A DNA stretch of 64,000 bases, from assembly GCA_963716565.1 (NCBI GenBank), contig OY970318.1, forward strand, positions 708,284 through 772,283. Direction: 5' to 3'. Each line of letters opens with the position of its first letter. The stretch's first letter is position 1. Of the stretch, positions 37,594-47,550 are shown in pieces. This stretch comes from an uncultured Candidatus Saccharibacteria bacterium. Its GTDB lineage: Bacteria; Patescibacteriota; Saccharimonadia; Saccharimonadales; CAIOMD01. A program made the translations under genes and the position numbers. The notes beneath the pieces were generated by a model. That model had not been told where the DNA came from and made no database searches. It was given only the letters and a program-made list of their open reading frames with translations.

Positions 37594-38187
37594 ATGACTA
37601 TAACCAAAATAACCGAGCAGGTTAAAAATCCCAATCGGGCGAGTATTTATGTTGATGGCAAGTACAGTTTTTCGCTTAATCTAGACCAGCTGCTAGAAAC
37701 CAAACTAAAAGTTGGCACCGAAATTTTCGAAGCTAGGCTTAAAGAACTCGTTAAGTTGTCGCAGGCTGGCAAAGTTAAAATGCGCACCATTGAGTGGCTA
37801 ATGATTCGTCCGCGTTCGGCCAGAGAACTTAACGATTATTTAAGGCGCAAAAAAGTAGATGCCGAAGAAGCCAGCGTACTAATAAGCTATTGCCAGGCAA
37901 AAAATTACCAAAACGACGAAAGCTTTGCCAAATGGTGGCTAGAGCAACGACAGAACAAACTAAAAAGTGCATCATTTATTCGTTTTGAGCTTAAAACCAA
38001 AGGCGTTAGCGACGAAATAATTCAACAAGTGCTAGAAGTTGCAACTGTTTCTGAGGGGCAAGTTCTAAAAGATTTAGTGGCCAAAAAGCGTCGTCAAACC
38101 AAATATCAAGATCGCCAAAAACTGCTCGAATATTTATTAAGGCAGGGCTTTAATTACTCGTTAATTAAGGATGAGCTAGCTGAATAG
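37594..38187 (+). CDS. recX: Recombination regulator RecX
   Basis: Position after recA and a three-repeat helical RecX pattern. ATG 37594 has GAGG 7 nt upstream. Confidence 0.85.
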   Translation: MTITKITEQVKNPNRASIYVDGKYSFSLNLDQLLETKLKVGTEIFEARLKELVKLSQAGKVKMRTIEWLMIRPRSARELNDYLRRKKVDAEEASVLISYCQAKNYQNDESFAKWWLEQRQNKLKSASFIRFELKTKGVSDEIIQQVLEVATVSEGQVLKDLVAKKRRQTKYQDRQKLLEYLLRQGFNYSLIKDELAE

Positions 38188-38717
38188 TCAGCGGCCATTA
38201 GCGGAACTTTGGCGGCCTTGGCGGTGGTAACTTTTTCTTCGGGTCCGCTGACTTTTATAGTTGTATTGGTAACTTCTAGAACGCTCTGGCGATCAATGGT
38301 TAAGCGGCTCTGGTTTAAGCTTTGCCACAGCGGTGGTTGCACATAAAGCTTTTGAATTAGCAGGCTGTCTTTATCAACAGAGTACTCGGCAACTTTGCCG
38401 ATTTTCTGCTTGCCACTAATCACAACTTTGCCGACAAGATCGTAGTTTAGCTCAATGATTGGCTTTAGTCTAACCAAGTCTTCGGGTTCGCTTAAATCGG
38501 CATGTTCGTTAGTTATTAGTCCGGCTGGCGAGATTTCCCTAACAAACATGTCTAGCAAAACCAATGGCTTCTGGCTACGCGGCACTTGGCAGTAAAAACC
38601 ATCGATGTGCAAGTTATGCGGATTAATAATTGGTCTTAAAACCATACCTATTCGGCCAGCGGTACGAATGCTTAATAGTGGTATATTGCTTAATTTGGTA
38701 GATAAAAATAGCATCAC
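38154..38717 (-). CDS. PRC-barrel domain protein (tandem)
   Basis: Two PRC-barrel-like segments (LLSIRTAGRIG..., GKVVISGKQKIGKVAEY). Assigned by eye. Confidence 0.5.
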   Translation of the reverse strand: MMLFLSTKLSNIPLLSIRTAGRIGMVLRPIINPHNLHIDGFYCQVPRSQKPLVLLDMFVREISPAGLITNEHADLSEPEDLVRLKPIIELNYDLVGKVVISGKQKIGKVAEYSVDKDSLLIQKLYVQPPLWQSLNQSRLTIDRQSVLEVTNTTIKVSGPEEKVTTAKAAKVPLMAADYSASSSLINE

Positions 38718-38785
38718 TATTATTATTGCACGAAAAAATGTTTATGCTTAAATAGTAAACAAGCAAACTTCAAAACAAATATTAA

Positions 38786-40192
38786 ATGAAGAAGATAATT
38801 TGCCAATCGCTTATTTTAGCCATTTTGTTGTTTGGTTTTGCAAAGCCAGCCTTAGCAACCGATGAAGCCGCTTTAATGCCCGGTGTGGTTATTAACGAAG
38901 TCCAAACCAATGGCCCTGGCAGTGGCACAACCGCTCAGGAATTTATTGAACTGGCGAACTTAAGCTCAGAAATAGTTGATGTTACTGGTTGGACAATTGA
39001 ATATGTTAACACCAGTGGCAATGCTACGACAGTTTACACTTTTGGTACTTCAAGCTCATCGCTAAATTTGTACCCTAGTGGTTATTTGCTGGGCATTTGC
39101 AAAGACGCGCCCGCTGATTTTTTAAAGGATTTTGAGCCGAAGTTTACTTATAACACTTGCATAGCTGCTAGTGGTGCCGGCTTGGTACTAAAAGATGGTC
39201 AAGGATTGATTGTTGATACGCTGTATTGGGTTAGTGGCCCCGATAGCTTTAGCGAGGACATTGTGCCACTACTAGCTGGCGGTAGTTCAATCCAGCGGCG
39301 AACAGTTAATGGCCAAGTTGTTAGCACTGGTAACAACTTGCTAGATTTTGAAGTTTTAAGTTCGCCAACTCCGTTTAACGATAATTTAGCGACTGAAGAT
39401 GAAGAAGAACCCGAACCAACACCAACACCAACGCCTGAGCCAACACCAACCCCAGAGCCAATCGAAGAGCCAATTGAAGACGAAGAAGTTATTCCCGAAA
39501 CATTTTTGCCAATTGAACTAAGCGAACTTTACATTGACCCAGCCGAACCTTTTGCCGACAGCCAAGATGAATGGGTAGAAATCTATAATCCTAATAATGA
39601 AGCCGTAGATTTAAATGGTTACATAATTTATACTGGCGCAACCTATAGCTATAAGCATACATTTAGTGATGGTAACGTAATTGGCGCTAAAAGTTTTTTG
39701 ACCATCTCGTCTGGTGAATCTAGCCTAGCGTTAAGCAATAGTGGCGGGGCAGCCAAAGTCATTGGGCCCGATGGCCAAATCTATGATCAAACGGTATACG
39801 AATCTGCCAAAGAAGGTCTGGCTTGGGCCAAAGCCAGTGATGGCGGTTGGCGGTGGACGTCAACTCCAACCGAAGATGCTGCAAACATTATTACTCTGCC
39901 ACAAGTTCCGGTAGTTATTAAAAAGGCAACCACAGCAGCTGCTAGTACAAAAAAGGCAACTACCAAAACCACCACGGCTGCTAAGTCCACTAAAACCACC
40001 GAAGTAAAAGCCACAACCGACGACAATGTTAATGCTTTAATTAACGCACCCAGCCCATTGCCCAGCTGGCTACTTGCCTTGGCTGGTGGTTTAGCGGTAA
40101 TCTATTGCCTATATGAGTACCGATTTGAAGTGTCAAATAAAATCTACCAGCTCCGACATTACCGAGAAAATCGCAAGCCAAATTGGCGCTAA
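38786..40192 (+). CDS. Secreted, C-terminally membrane-anchored protein with two lamin-tail (LTD) domains and a Pro/Thr/Glu linker
   Basis: Signal peptide. VVINEVQTNGPG...EFIELANL and ELYIDPA...EWVEIYNPN LTD signatures. EPEPTPTPTPEPTPTPEP linker. C-terminal TM helix. Confidence 0.7.
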   Translation: MKKIICQSLILAILLFGFAKPALATDEAALMPGVVINEVQTNGPGSGTTAQEFIELANLSSEIVDVTGWTIEYVNTSGNATTVYTFGTSSSSLNLYPSGYLLGICKDAPADFLKDFEPKFTYNTCIAASGAGLVLKDGQGLIVDTLYWVSGPDSFSEDIVPLLAGGSSIQRRTVNGQVVSTGNNLLDFEVLSSPTPFNDNLATEDEEEPEPTPTPTPEPTPTPEPIEEPIEDEEVIPETFLPIELSELYIDPAEPFADSQDEWVEIYNPNNEAVDLNGYIIYTGATYSYKHTFSDGNVIGAKSFLTISSGESSLALSNSGGAAKVIGPDGQIYDQTVYESAKEGLAWAKASDGGWRWTSTPTEDAANIITLPQVPVVIKKATTAAASTKKATTKTTTAAKSTKTTEVKATTDDNVNALINAPSPLPSWLLALAGGLAVIYCLYEYRFEVSNKIYQLRHYRENRKPNWR

Positions 40193-40580
40193 ATTGCGCG
40201 GCGGCGAAGTTATTGAATTAATTAGCGACCTAGGTGGCGGTAAAACCGTTTTTGCCAAAGGTTTAGCTAGCGGTTGTGGCAGCCCCGACGAAGTTACTAG
40301 CCCAACTTTTACGATTTCTAAGGTATATCATGCGCCAAAGTTTGATATTCATCACTTTGATTTTTACCGCCTTAGCGACCCAGGCATTGTTAGTTTAGAA
40401 ATTAAAGAAGTAGCCGGCGATCCTAAAATTGTAACCATTATTGAGTGGGCCAACGTTATTAAAACCGTTTTGCCAAGGGGCAGGGTAAAGGTGACAATAA
40501 AAAACCAAGATGGCGATAATAGATTGATTAATATTGAGTGCCCCAAAAAGCTGGCCTACTTAGTAGAAGGTTTAAAATGA
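40113..40580 (+). CDS. tsaE: tRNA t6A37 biosynthesis ATPase TsaE
   Basis: P-loop GDLGGGKT, SPTFTI and HFDFYRL motifs. Confidence 0.9.
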   Translation: MSTDLKCQIKSTSSDITEKIASQIGAKLRGGEVIELISDLGGGKTVFAKGLASGCGSPDEVTSPTFTISKVYHAPKFDIHHFDFYRLSDPGIVSLEIKEVAGDPKIVTIIEWANVIKTVLPRGRVKVTIKNQDGDNRLINIECPKKLAYLVEGLK

Positions 40581-40969
40581 TAATCTTGACTATTAAAACC
40601 GACCAAGCACTATCCGAACTGAGTTTGTTTGATAACAAAGAACTAATCGACCAGCTAGAGTGGGAAGCCTACCGCACCCTAGCAGATACGATTCATATAA
40701 AAATTAAAGAATTGCTTGATAAAAATAAATTAGATTGGGACAAAATTGAAGGCATTGTTTGCTTTAAGGGTCCGGGCAGTTTTACTGGTTTGCGCATTGG
40801 TTTAACCGTAGCTAACGCTCTGGCGTATAGCTTAAAATGCCCAATTATTTCAACTACTGGCAAGAAATGGCAAAAAGACGGTATTAAAGAACTCTTGAAC
40901 GGCAAAGACGAAAAAATAGCCTTGCCATTCTATGGCGCCGAAGCCAACATTTCAAAGCCCAAAAAGTAG
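40577..40969 (+). CDS. tsaB: tRNA t6A37 biosynthesis protein TsaB (short)
   Basis: MIILTIKTD..., GPGSFTGLRIG motif. ATGA overlap with the tsaE stop. Confidence 0.85.
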   Translation: MIILTIKTDQALSELSLFDNKELIDQLEWEAYRTLADTIHIKIKELLDKNKLDWDKIEGIVCFKGPGSFTGLRIGLTVANALAYSLKCPIISTTGKKWQKDGIKELLNGKDEKIALPFYGAEANISKPKK

Positions 40970-41080
40970 TAATAATTACAACCATAAGCATTATTATACT
41001 TGACAGGTAAACACTGGTGGAATACGCTAACGGTATAGTAATTTTTAAAACAGAAAAAAGTAAAAACAAAAGGAGATAAT

Positions 41081-43141
41081 ATGAGAACCAAAAGCTTGCT
41101 TCACGGCCTATTGGCTGTGATTTTGAGTTTTGCATCGCTATCGGCATTAATTGCGCCAAATGCCCTTGCTGTAACTGAGCACATTTGGGATGGCGGTGGT
41201 AATGATGATAACTTTACTACGGCTGCTAACTGGGAAACCGATGCCGCTCCATCATCTGGAGATTCTATAAAATTTCCTGAATTGGGTAGCGATTTTGATG
41301 TGATTATAGACACAGACTTTACTATTGGTGGGCTCAGTTTCGATTGTAATCCTACTCCAGCCAAAGGCTACACCATTAGTGGTACCCACACGTTAACGGT
41401 ATCGGGTTCTATCACTAACGATTGTGACGGCACAACAATTTCAGCGCCGCTGGATACCTCTTACAATATAGGTATTTCTAATAGCTTCAATACGTCTGCT
41501 CTGACTATTGCCAATTTCTCCACTAGTGCCACTTATCACGAATTTGATGGGCATGTGCACGTTACGGCACTAACGGTTGCGTCTGGTGGCACTAGAACAT
41601 TAACTAATGACTATGCAAGCGCTTTGCCAATCACAACCCTTACGATCAACGGAGCCACTACGTTAGAGGGGCCTTTCAACGTTACAAACTTAGAAGCGAA
41701 TGCTAATGTCACATTTGGCAGCGGAACTTACGGGACTATTGCAGCTTTAACTACCGCTGGCGGGACTAGGACCATAACTAACAACGATGATGCTAATTTG
41801 CAAGTCGCGGCACTTACGGCTAACAACAATGTTACATTTGCTGGTACTGGCGACATCTCTGTTACAGCCTTAACGGCTGCATCAGGCGCCACGAGAACGC
41901 TTACAAATAATGTCGTTGGTCACAGTATTTCTGTTGGAACCCTGACGGCTAACGGCGCTATCTCATTGGCAGGCACGAGTAGTTATGATATTGCAACAAT
42001 GGCTGGCAGTGGCAATGCCACAATTGCAAACGACACGACTCTTACGAATGTGCGACCAACTTATACTGGACAAATCATCGTAGCAAATGGTGGTCACCTA
42101 AGGGCTGCGCATGATGCGTTTGATGAAAGGGGGACTGGAAGCACCGGCAGTACTGCTGTTGCTGATGGCGGCACTTTGACCCTAAGTTGTGACAACGATC
42201 GCAATGTATCAATCGCCGAGCCTATTGGTTTAGCTGGCGATGGTATAGAAGGCTCTACGGTGGGGGCACTAGTAATCAATGGTGGCGACTTCAGTTATCT
42301 CAACAGTCACTGCCATATGACAGTAGCATCGTTAACAATGATAGCCGATGCCACAATGGTCTTGAATAGTTATTCTGAAACAACAGTTACTACTTTCACG
42401 AATACAGGCAACCATACCCTTTCTTTGGCCCAAGGTAAAACAGGTACATTAATATTGCCAGGTCTACCAGCTCAGAAACCCGCACCTCTGGTAGATACCT
42501 ATGCGGGCGATTCACCTGCCGTGGACTTAACAGTTACCGATAATAACGTAGCCGTTGTCACGGGTACTCGAGGAGATATTACGGTTAACTACGGCGGTAC
42601 CCTAAAAGGCACCGGCACTGTTGCAGATGTAACAGTTAATGATGGCGCTATTGCTCCGGGCCTAAGTCCTGGCACCCTTAATACTGGCGACATCATTTAC
42701 ACTGGCGGCACGCTACAGGAAGAAATCGGTGGTACAGCTAGCGGGTCATTTGATCAGTTAAATGTTACCGGTACAGTCAACCTAGGACAAGGCGTAACGA
42801 GCCTAGTAATTACTCACTACAATAACTTTGCTCCGAAATTAAATGATAGTTTTGTGATTATTGCTAACGACGGCCAAGACGCCGTAACAGGTACTTTTGC
42901 AGGCTTGGCTCAAGGTGGCACGGTTGTGGTAGCTGGCTACACCTACACGATTAGCTACACTGGCGGTACTGGCAACGATGTCGTTCTAACGGTCACTGGC
43001 TTACCACCGGCCGCTCCAGATACCGGCTTCTCACTAACTAAAGCTACTCCTGTAATTTCTATTCTTGCCGGCTTATTAGCGGCTACTGGCTTAGGATTGC
43101 TAGCTAAAAGGCAGAGTATAAAAATAAAATCTAATAGATAA
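41081..43141 (+). CDS. Cell-surface beta-helix repeat protein (autotransporter-associated beta-strand-like repeats) with C-terminal sortase-type sorting signal
   Basis: Signal peptide. About 35-40 aa repeats (VTALT.ASG.TRTLTN). C-terminal PDTG, then a hydrophobic helix, then a KRQSIKIKSNR tail. Confidence 0.75.
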   Translation: MRTKSLLHGLLAVILSFASLSALIAPNALAVTEHIWDGGGNDDNFTTAANWETDAAPSSGDSIKFPELGSDFDVIIDTDFTIGGLSFDCNPTPAKGYTISGTHTLTVSGSITNDCDGTTISAPLDTSYNIGISNSFNTSALTIANFSTSATYHEFDGHVHVTALTVASGGTRTLTNDYASALPITTLTINGATTLEGPFNVTNLEANANVTFGSGTYGTIAALTTAGGTRTITNNDDANLQVAALTANNNVTFAGTGDISVTALTAASGATRTLTNNVVGHSISVGTLTANGAISLAGTSSYDIATMAGSGNATIANDTTLTNVRPTYTGQIIVANGGHLRAAHDAFDERGTGSTGSTAVADGGTLTLSCDNDRNVSIAEPIGLAGDGIEGSTVGALVINGGDFSYLNSHCHMTVASLTMIADATMVLNSYSETTVTTFTNTGNHTLSLAQGKTGTLILPGLPAQKPAPLVDTYAGDSPAVDLTVTDNNVAVVTGTRGDITVNYGGTLKGTGTVADVTVNDGAIAPGLSPGTLNTGDIIYTGGTLQEEIGGTASGSFDQLNVTGTVNLGQGVTSLVITHYNNFAPKLNDSFVIIANDGQDAVTGTFAGLAQGGTVVVAGYTYTISYTGGTGNDVVLTVTGLPPAAPDTGFSLTKATPVISILAGLLAATGLGLLAKRQSIKIKSNR

Positions 43142-43156
43142 AACTTAAAAATAGTT

Positions 43157-44203
43157 ATGGCAAATGGTAATAAATTTGGTTTAGATAATGATGCCTTACG
43201 CGGCCGAGTAAAAGGCTATGTTAGTCGGCCCGCGCCCAAGGTTGCCCATAGGCCAGTTGCTATACGAAAAAAACCAGCACCGATTCGTGACTTTGGCGAA
43301 GTGGCGCCTAAAAAGTTTACACATGAACCCGAAGCCGAGCCGTGTGATACAAGCCAGGCTATTGCCGTTGAACAAGCCCCTATCGTCGATCAGCTTGTTA
43401 TTGCCAACCAGTTTGTCGCAGGCGGAGATGATGAGTGTATTCTGCACCAGGATCACCCGCTAGTTACCAAGCTGAAGGTTGCATCTAATAAAATAAATGC
43501 AAACTGTGCGGCATTAAAACCGCTTGCCGGCAAGATAAATAAAAGCCACGCAATAGGTATAGCTGCGGCTGCATTTATTACTGTTGGTGTCCTGCTGGGC
43601 TTAAATGGTTTCAAAGCCAACCAGGCAATAGAAACCCAGGTGAAGGCTATGAGTTCCGAGGCGGAAGGTGCTGCTGGTAGCGATAGTAACAGCGAAACTC
43701 CGGCTTATGATGAAACCCCTGTTACAGCCCAGACAATAAGTAGCTATGTTGTTACTCCAGATATGCCTAAACTGCTGCGCATCCCGGCTTTGGGCGTAGA
43801 AGCTAGGGTTAAGCGAGTGTCGGTTAATGCCAGCAACGCCATACAGGCACCAGGCAGTATCTTTGATGTTGGCTGGTATGATGGCAGCGCAAAGCCAGGC
43901 GAAAACGGGACTACGTTCATTGACGGTCACGTATCTGGTTGGACAGAGCATGGTGTATTTTACGATATCAAGAGCTTAAAAGAAGGTGACGAAATCTCTA
44001 TTGAGCGTGGCGATGGGCAAACGTTCAAATATAAAGTTGTGGCAACTGAATATTTTGATGCAAATAATGTGGATATGAGCAAAGCGCTTAGCTCTTACGT
44101 TTCTGGCAAGCAAGGTCTTAATTTAATGACCTGTACCGGTCGCTTTAACAACGATCAGCAGCAATACGAACAGCGCATTGTGGTTTACAGCATTTTGCAA
44201 TAG
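43157..44203 (+). CDS. Sortase family transpeptidase (class E/F-like) with long N-terminal region and TM anchor
   Basis: Catalytic His (FIDGHV), Cys (LMTCTG) and Arg (QRIVVYS) in the C-terminal ~150 aa. Confidence 0.85.
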   Translation: MANGNKFGLDNDALRGRVKGYVSRPAPKVAHRPVAIRKKPAPIRDFGEVAPKKFTHEPEAEPCDTSQAIAVEQAPIVDQLVIANQFVAGGDDECILHQDHPLVTKLKVASNKINANCAALKPLAGKINKSHAIGIAAAAFITVGVLLGLNGFKANQAIETQVKAMSSEAEGAAGSDSNSETPAYDETPVTAQTISSYVVTPDMPKLLRIPALGVEARVKRVSVNASNAIQAPGSIFDVGWYDGSAKPGENGTTFIDGHVSGWTEHGVFYDIKSLKEGDEISIERGDGQTFKYKVVATEYFDANNVDMSKALSSYVSGKQGLNLMTCTGRFNNDQQQYEQRIVVYSILQ

Positions 44204-44229
44204 TTTAAAAATTAAGTTAGTTTATTAGC

Positions 44230-44988
44230 ATGGTTGGTTATGTTGAGTTAATTATTTTCGCGCTGCTGGGCAGTGTTGTTTCGATGTCGGCCGGCTTCTT
44301 GCTGTTAAAAAACAAATCTTCGGCTAATAGATTAGCTAAATATGCTACACCGTTTGCGGCTGGGGCTTTATTGGCGGCGGTATTTTTAGACTTGCTGCCA
44401 GAAGGCCTAGAAGTTAGTAGTGCGAATACAGTATTGATTAGTGTTTTAGTGGGTTTGCTTATCTTCTTTTACTTAGAAAGATTTTTAAGCTGGTTCCACC
44501 GACACGAACAAGATGATGCAAAAAAGTCGTCTACAAAAAGTCTGGTGGTAATTGGCGACACAATGCATAACGTCTTAGATGGCGTAGTAATTGCCTCGGC
44601 TTTTTTAATTGAGCCTTCGGTTGGATTAGTCGCTACCGTTGCCGTGGCGGCTCACGAAATACCGCAAGAGGTAGGAGATTTTGGGTTGTTGTTGGCGCTA
44701 GGTATGTCTAGAAAAAAGGTGGTTATAGTTAACCTAGCTAGCGCTCTTTCAACGGTAGTGGCCGCCGTAATCACTTATTGGCTAGGCGGGCAAGAAAACC
44801 TACCAATTGGAGTAATGCTGGGCTTAAGTTCCGGGTTGTTGCTGTACATCGCCACCAGCGACATCATCCCAACTATTCACGAAGAATCGCGCCATAATAG
44901 TCTGTTAGATATCAAACCTTTTTTGCTAGTCCTTGGGGTTGTGGCAGTAGCTTTGATAATTGCTTTTGTTGAGCACCTAGATATTTAG
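44230..44988 (+). CDS. ZIP family metal (Zn/Fe) transporter
   Basis: HEIPQEVGDFGLL signature and a multi-TM layout. Confidence 0.85.
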   Translation: MVGYVELIIFALLGSVVSMSAGFLLLKNKSSANRLAKYATPFAAGALLAAVFLDLLPEGLEVSSANTVLISVLVGLLIFFYLERFLSWFHRHEQDDAKKSSTKSLVVIGDTMHNVLDGVVIASAFLIEPSVGLVATVAVAAHEIPQEVGDFGLLLALGMSRKKVVIVNLASALSTVVAAVITYWLGGQENLPIGVMLGLSSGLLLYIATSDIIPTIHEESRHNSLLDIKPFLLVLGVVAVALIIAFVEHLDI

Positions 44989-45168
44989 CAACAAAAACGT
45001 TGTGCAAAAAGCTCTTTTTGGTTTATTATTACTACACAGGATTTTTGTGTGAATATAAAATCCTTACCTGATAACTAATTTTTTATTCGATACTCAGATA
45101 AACGAACAACTAATGAAGTGATAGTGATGTTGGCGTAGTTTGTCTGCAACGATAGAAAGGATGAATGT

Positions 45169-46683
45169 ATGGATCCAATAACCATAATATTGGCCGTAGT
45201 TGGTATTGGTGCTGGTTTTGGGGGTAATCAATTAATTACTCGTCGCAAAATTGGCACTGCCGCCAGAGAAGCCGACAAAAAACTGGCATTAGCCAATAAA
45301 GAGGCATCGGCGATAACTCGCAAAGCTCAAGAAGAAGCCGCCAGGATTGCCGAAAACAGTCGCAGAGACGAACAGCAACACCGCAAAGAAATAAAAGAAA
45401 CCGAAGCGCGTTTGTTAGATCGCGAAGGATTGTTAGATAAAAAACTAGACGATCTAGACAAGCGCACCGAGCGTTTAAGAAAAAGCGAAACCGAACTAGA
45501 AGACTTAAAGGGCGAAATTCATAGCTTGCGCGATAAACAGCAAGAAAAACTAGAAAGAATCGCTAAGCTAACTAAAGCCGATGCGGCCGACAAGCTGATG
45601 CAAATGACTGAACGTGACATTAAAAATGATTTAACTGGTTTGGTAAAAAAACTGCAAGATAGTGCCAAAGACTTAGCCGAAGAAAAGGCTGGTGTGATAA
45701 TTGTTAGTGCTATGGAGCGAATGGCCGGCGAAGTAGCTGCCGAACGCACTGTTACAGCCGTTAAGCTAGAAGATGAAGAAATGAAAGGCCGCATTATTGG
45801 TAAAGAAGGCCGTAACATTCAAGCTTTGCAACGAGCCACTGGTGTAGATGTCTTGGTAGATGATACGCCGGGCATGATTGTACTCTCCAGCTTTGACCCA
45901 GTCCGTCGCGAAATCGCTAGAATAGCCTTAGAGATGCTTCTAAAAGATGGCCGCGTTCATCCTGGCCGTATTGAAGAAGTGGTAGAAAAGGCCCAAAAAG
46001 AAGTCCAAAAAGAGGTAATCCATGCTGCCGAAGACGCCGCTCGCGAAGTTGGCGTAGTTGGTATTCCGCGTGAGATTATGCAATACCTAGGCGAACTTAA
46101 ATTCCGCACGTCTTATGGCCAAAACGTTCTAAAACACTCCACCGAAATGACTCACATTGCCGGCATTATTGCCGAAGAGGTTGGCGCCGACGTTAGAGTG
46201 GCTAAGTATGCCACTTTGATTCACGATATCGGTAAGGCTCTGAGCCATAAGGTAGAAGGCAAGCACCATGTAATTACTGGCGAGATTGCTCGCAAATATG
46301 GCGTGCCAGAAGAAATAGCTCACGCTGCCGAAGCTCACCATGATGACGTCGAAGCTACTACCGTTGAAGCTTTGGTAGTAAGGGTAGTAGACGCCATTAG
46401 CGCCGCTCGCCCAGGTGCTCGCAACATATCCAGCGAAAACTTTGCCGAACGCATGAAAGAGCTAGAAAACGTAGCTACTGGCTTTGAAGGAATCGATAAA
46501 GCCTACGCTATTAGTGCTGGCCGCGAAATCCGCATCTTTGTAAGGCCTGGCGAAATCGACGATTTAAGCGCTATTAAGCTAGCCCGTGATATTGCCAACA
46601 AAATAGAATCTACCATGCAATACCCGGGTACCATTAAGGTTAATGTTATCCGCGAAACCCGCGCTATCGAGTTTGCCAAGTAG
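45169..46683 (+). CDS. rny: Ribonuclease Y
   Basis: N-terminal TM helix, coiled coil, KH domain (GRIIGKEGRNIQ) and HD domain (LIHDIGK). Confidence 0.95.
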   Translation: MDPITIILAVVGIGAGFGGNQLITRRKIGTAAREADKKLALANKEASAITRKAQEEAARIAENSRRDEQQHRKEIKETEARLLDREGLLDKKLDDLDKRTERLRKSETELEDLKGEIHSLRDKQQEKLERIAKLTKADAADKLMQMTERDIKNDLTGLVKKLQDSAKDLAEEKAGVIIVSAMERMAGEVAAERTVTAVKLEDEEMKGRIIGKEGRNIQALQRATGVDVLVDDTPGMIVLSSFDPVRREIARIALEMLLKDGRVHPGRIEEVVEKAQKEVQKEVIHAAEDAAREVGVVGIPREIMQYLGELKFRTSYGQNVLKHSTEMTHIAGIIAEEVGADVRVAKYATLIHDIGKALSHKVEGKHHVITGEIARKYGVPEEIAHAAEAHHDDVEATTVEALVVRVVDAISAARPGARNISSENFAERMKELENVATGFEGIDKAYAISAGREIRIFVRPGEIDDLSAIKLARDIANKIESTMQYPGTIKVNVIRETRAIEFAK

Positions 46684-46764
46684 TAGATTTTTGGAAAGTT
46701 ATTCACTAACAAGGTTTGGCTTAATATCAAACCGTTAATGCTATAATTTAGAAAGAAATAAGAT

Positions 46765-47490
46765 ATGAAAAAATTCTTTCTACAAAAAATACGTCTAAGC
46801 TGGTATTTTGTATTCTTTCTAATCGTTTTCTGTTTGGTGTGTTTATTAGTCCCCAGATATACGTTTAATAGTGGTGCTTTGGCGCTCTTTTCGGTGAACT
46901 CTTTTTTGTATGGTTTTTATATCGCTCCGATATTAGGCGCCCAAAAGGCCAGAGTAGAAGAGCTACATAAAATTGTGCGCAGCGAAGCCAATGCCATATT
47001 TTCGATGGCTATTAAAACAAAATCTTTGCCAAAGCAGTTACGTAATAATATCCAAGATATGCTAATAGCCTACCTAAAAAGCTGCATCAAAGAAAAGCAG
47101 GCTACAGAAGGTGAGTTATATTACGAAAATATGATTGGCTTTTGCTTGCAATATAATGGTAAGAATCAGGCCGAAATTGATAAGTTGCTAGACAGTCTTG
47201 TGGCTAATCAACAGAATCGAACTAACTTTACAATGCAGATACGAAACAAAGTGTTTAGTAATGAATGGTCAATAATGGCTTTTCTGTTTTTTGTAACGCT
47301 AACATTTGTAATCTTGTTAGATACGGGCCCTAATTTTGCTTTTAGATTACTCGCAGCGCTGCTAGCTACCGGTTTAAGTATGTTGCTAGTAATCTTAATA
47401 AAACTCTCTACTTTGACCCACAAAAAAGCCAAGCAAGTCTGGGACCCATACAAAAAACTCATCGACAGCCATTTTTATAGAATCGACTAA
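46765..47490 (+). CDS. Membrane protein, DUF4239-like; paralog of 55198..56058
   Basis: Shared block SVNSFLYGFYIAPILGAQKARVEEL versus SVTSFVFGFYISNLISQGRKKHSNV. TM helices at both ends. Confidence 0.55.
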   Translation: MKKFFLQKIRLSWYFVFFLIVFCLVCLLVPRYTFNSGALALFSVNSFLYGFYIAPILGAQKARVEELHKIVRSEANAIFSMAIKTKSLPKQLRNNIQDMLIAYLKSCIKEKQATEGELYYENMIGFCLQYNGKNQAEIDKLLDSLVANQQNRTNFTMQIRNKVFSNEWSIMAFLFFVTLTFVILLDTGPNFAFRLLAALLATGLSMLLVILIKLSTLTHKKAKQVWDPYKKLIDSHFYRID

Positions 47491-47550
47491 ACATCTTCTA
47501 TTAACAGACTCAATCTGTTACAATATGCCTGTTCCGATTTGGGATAAATC

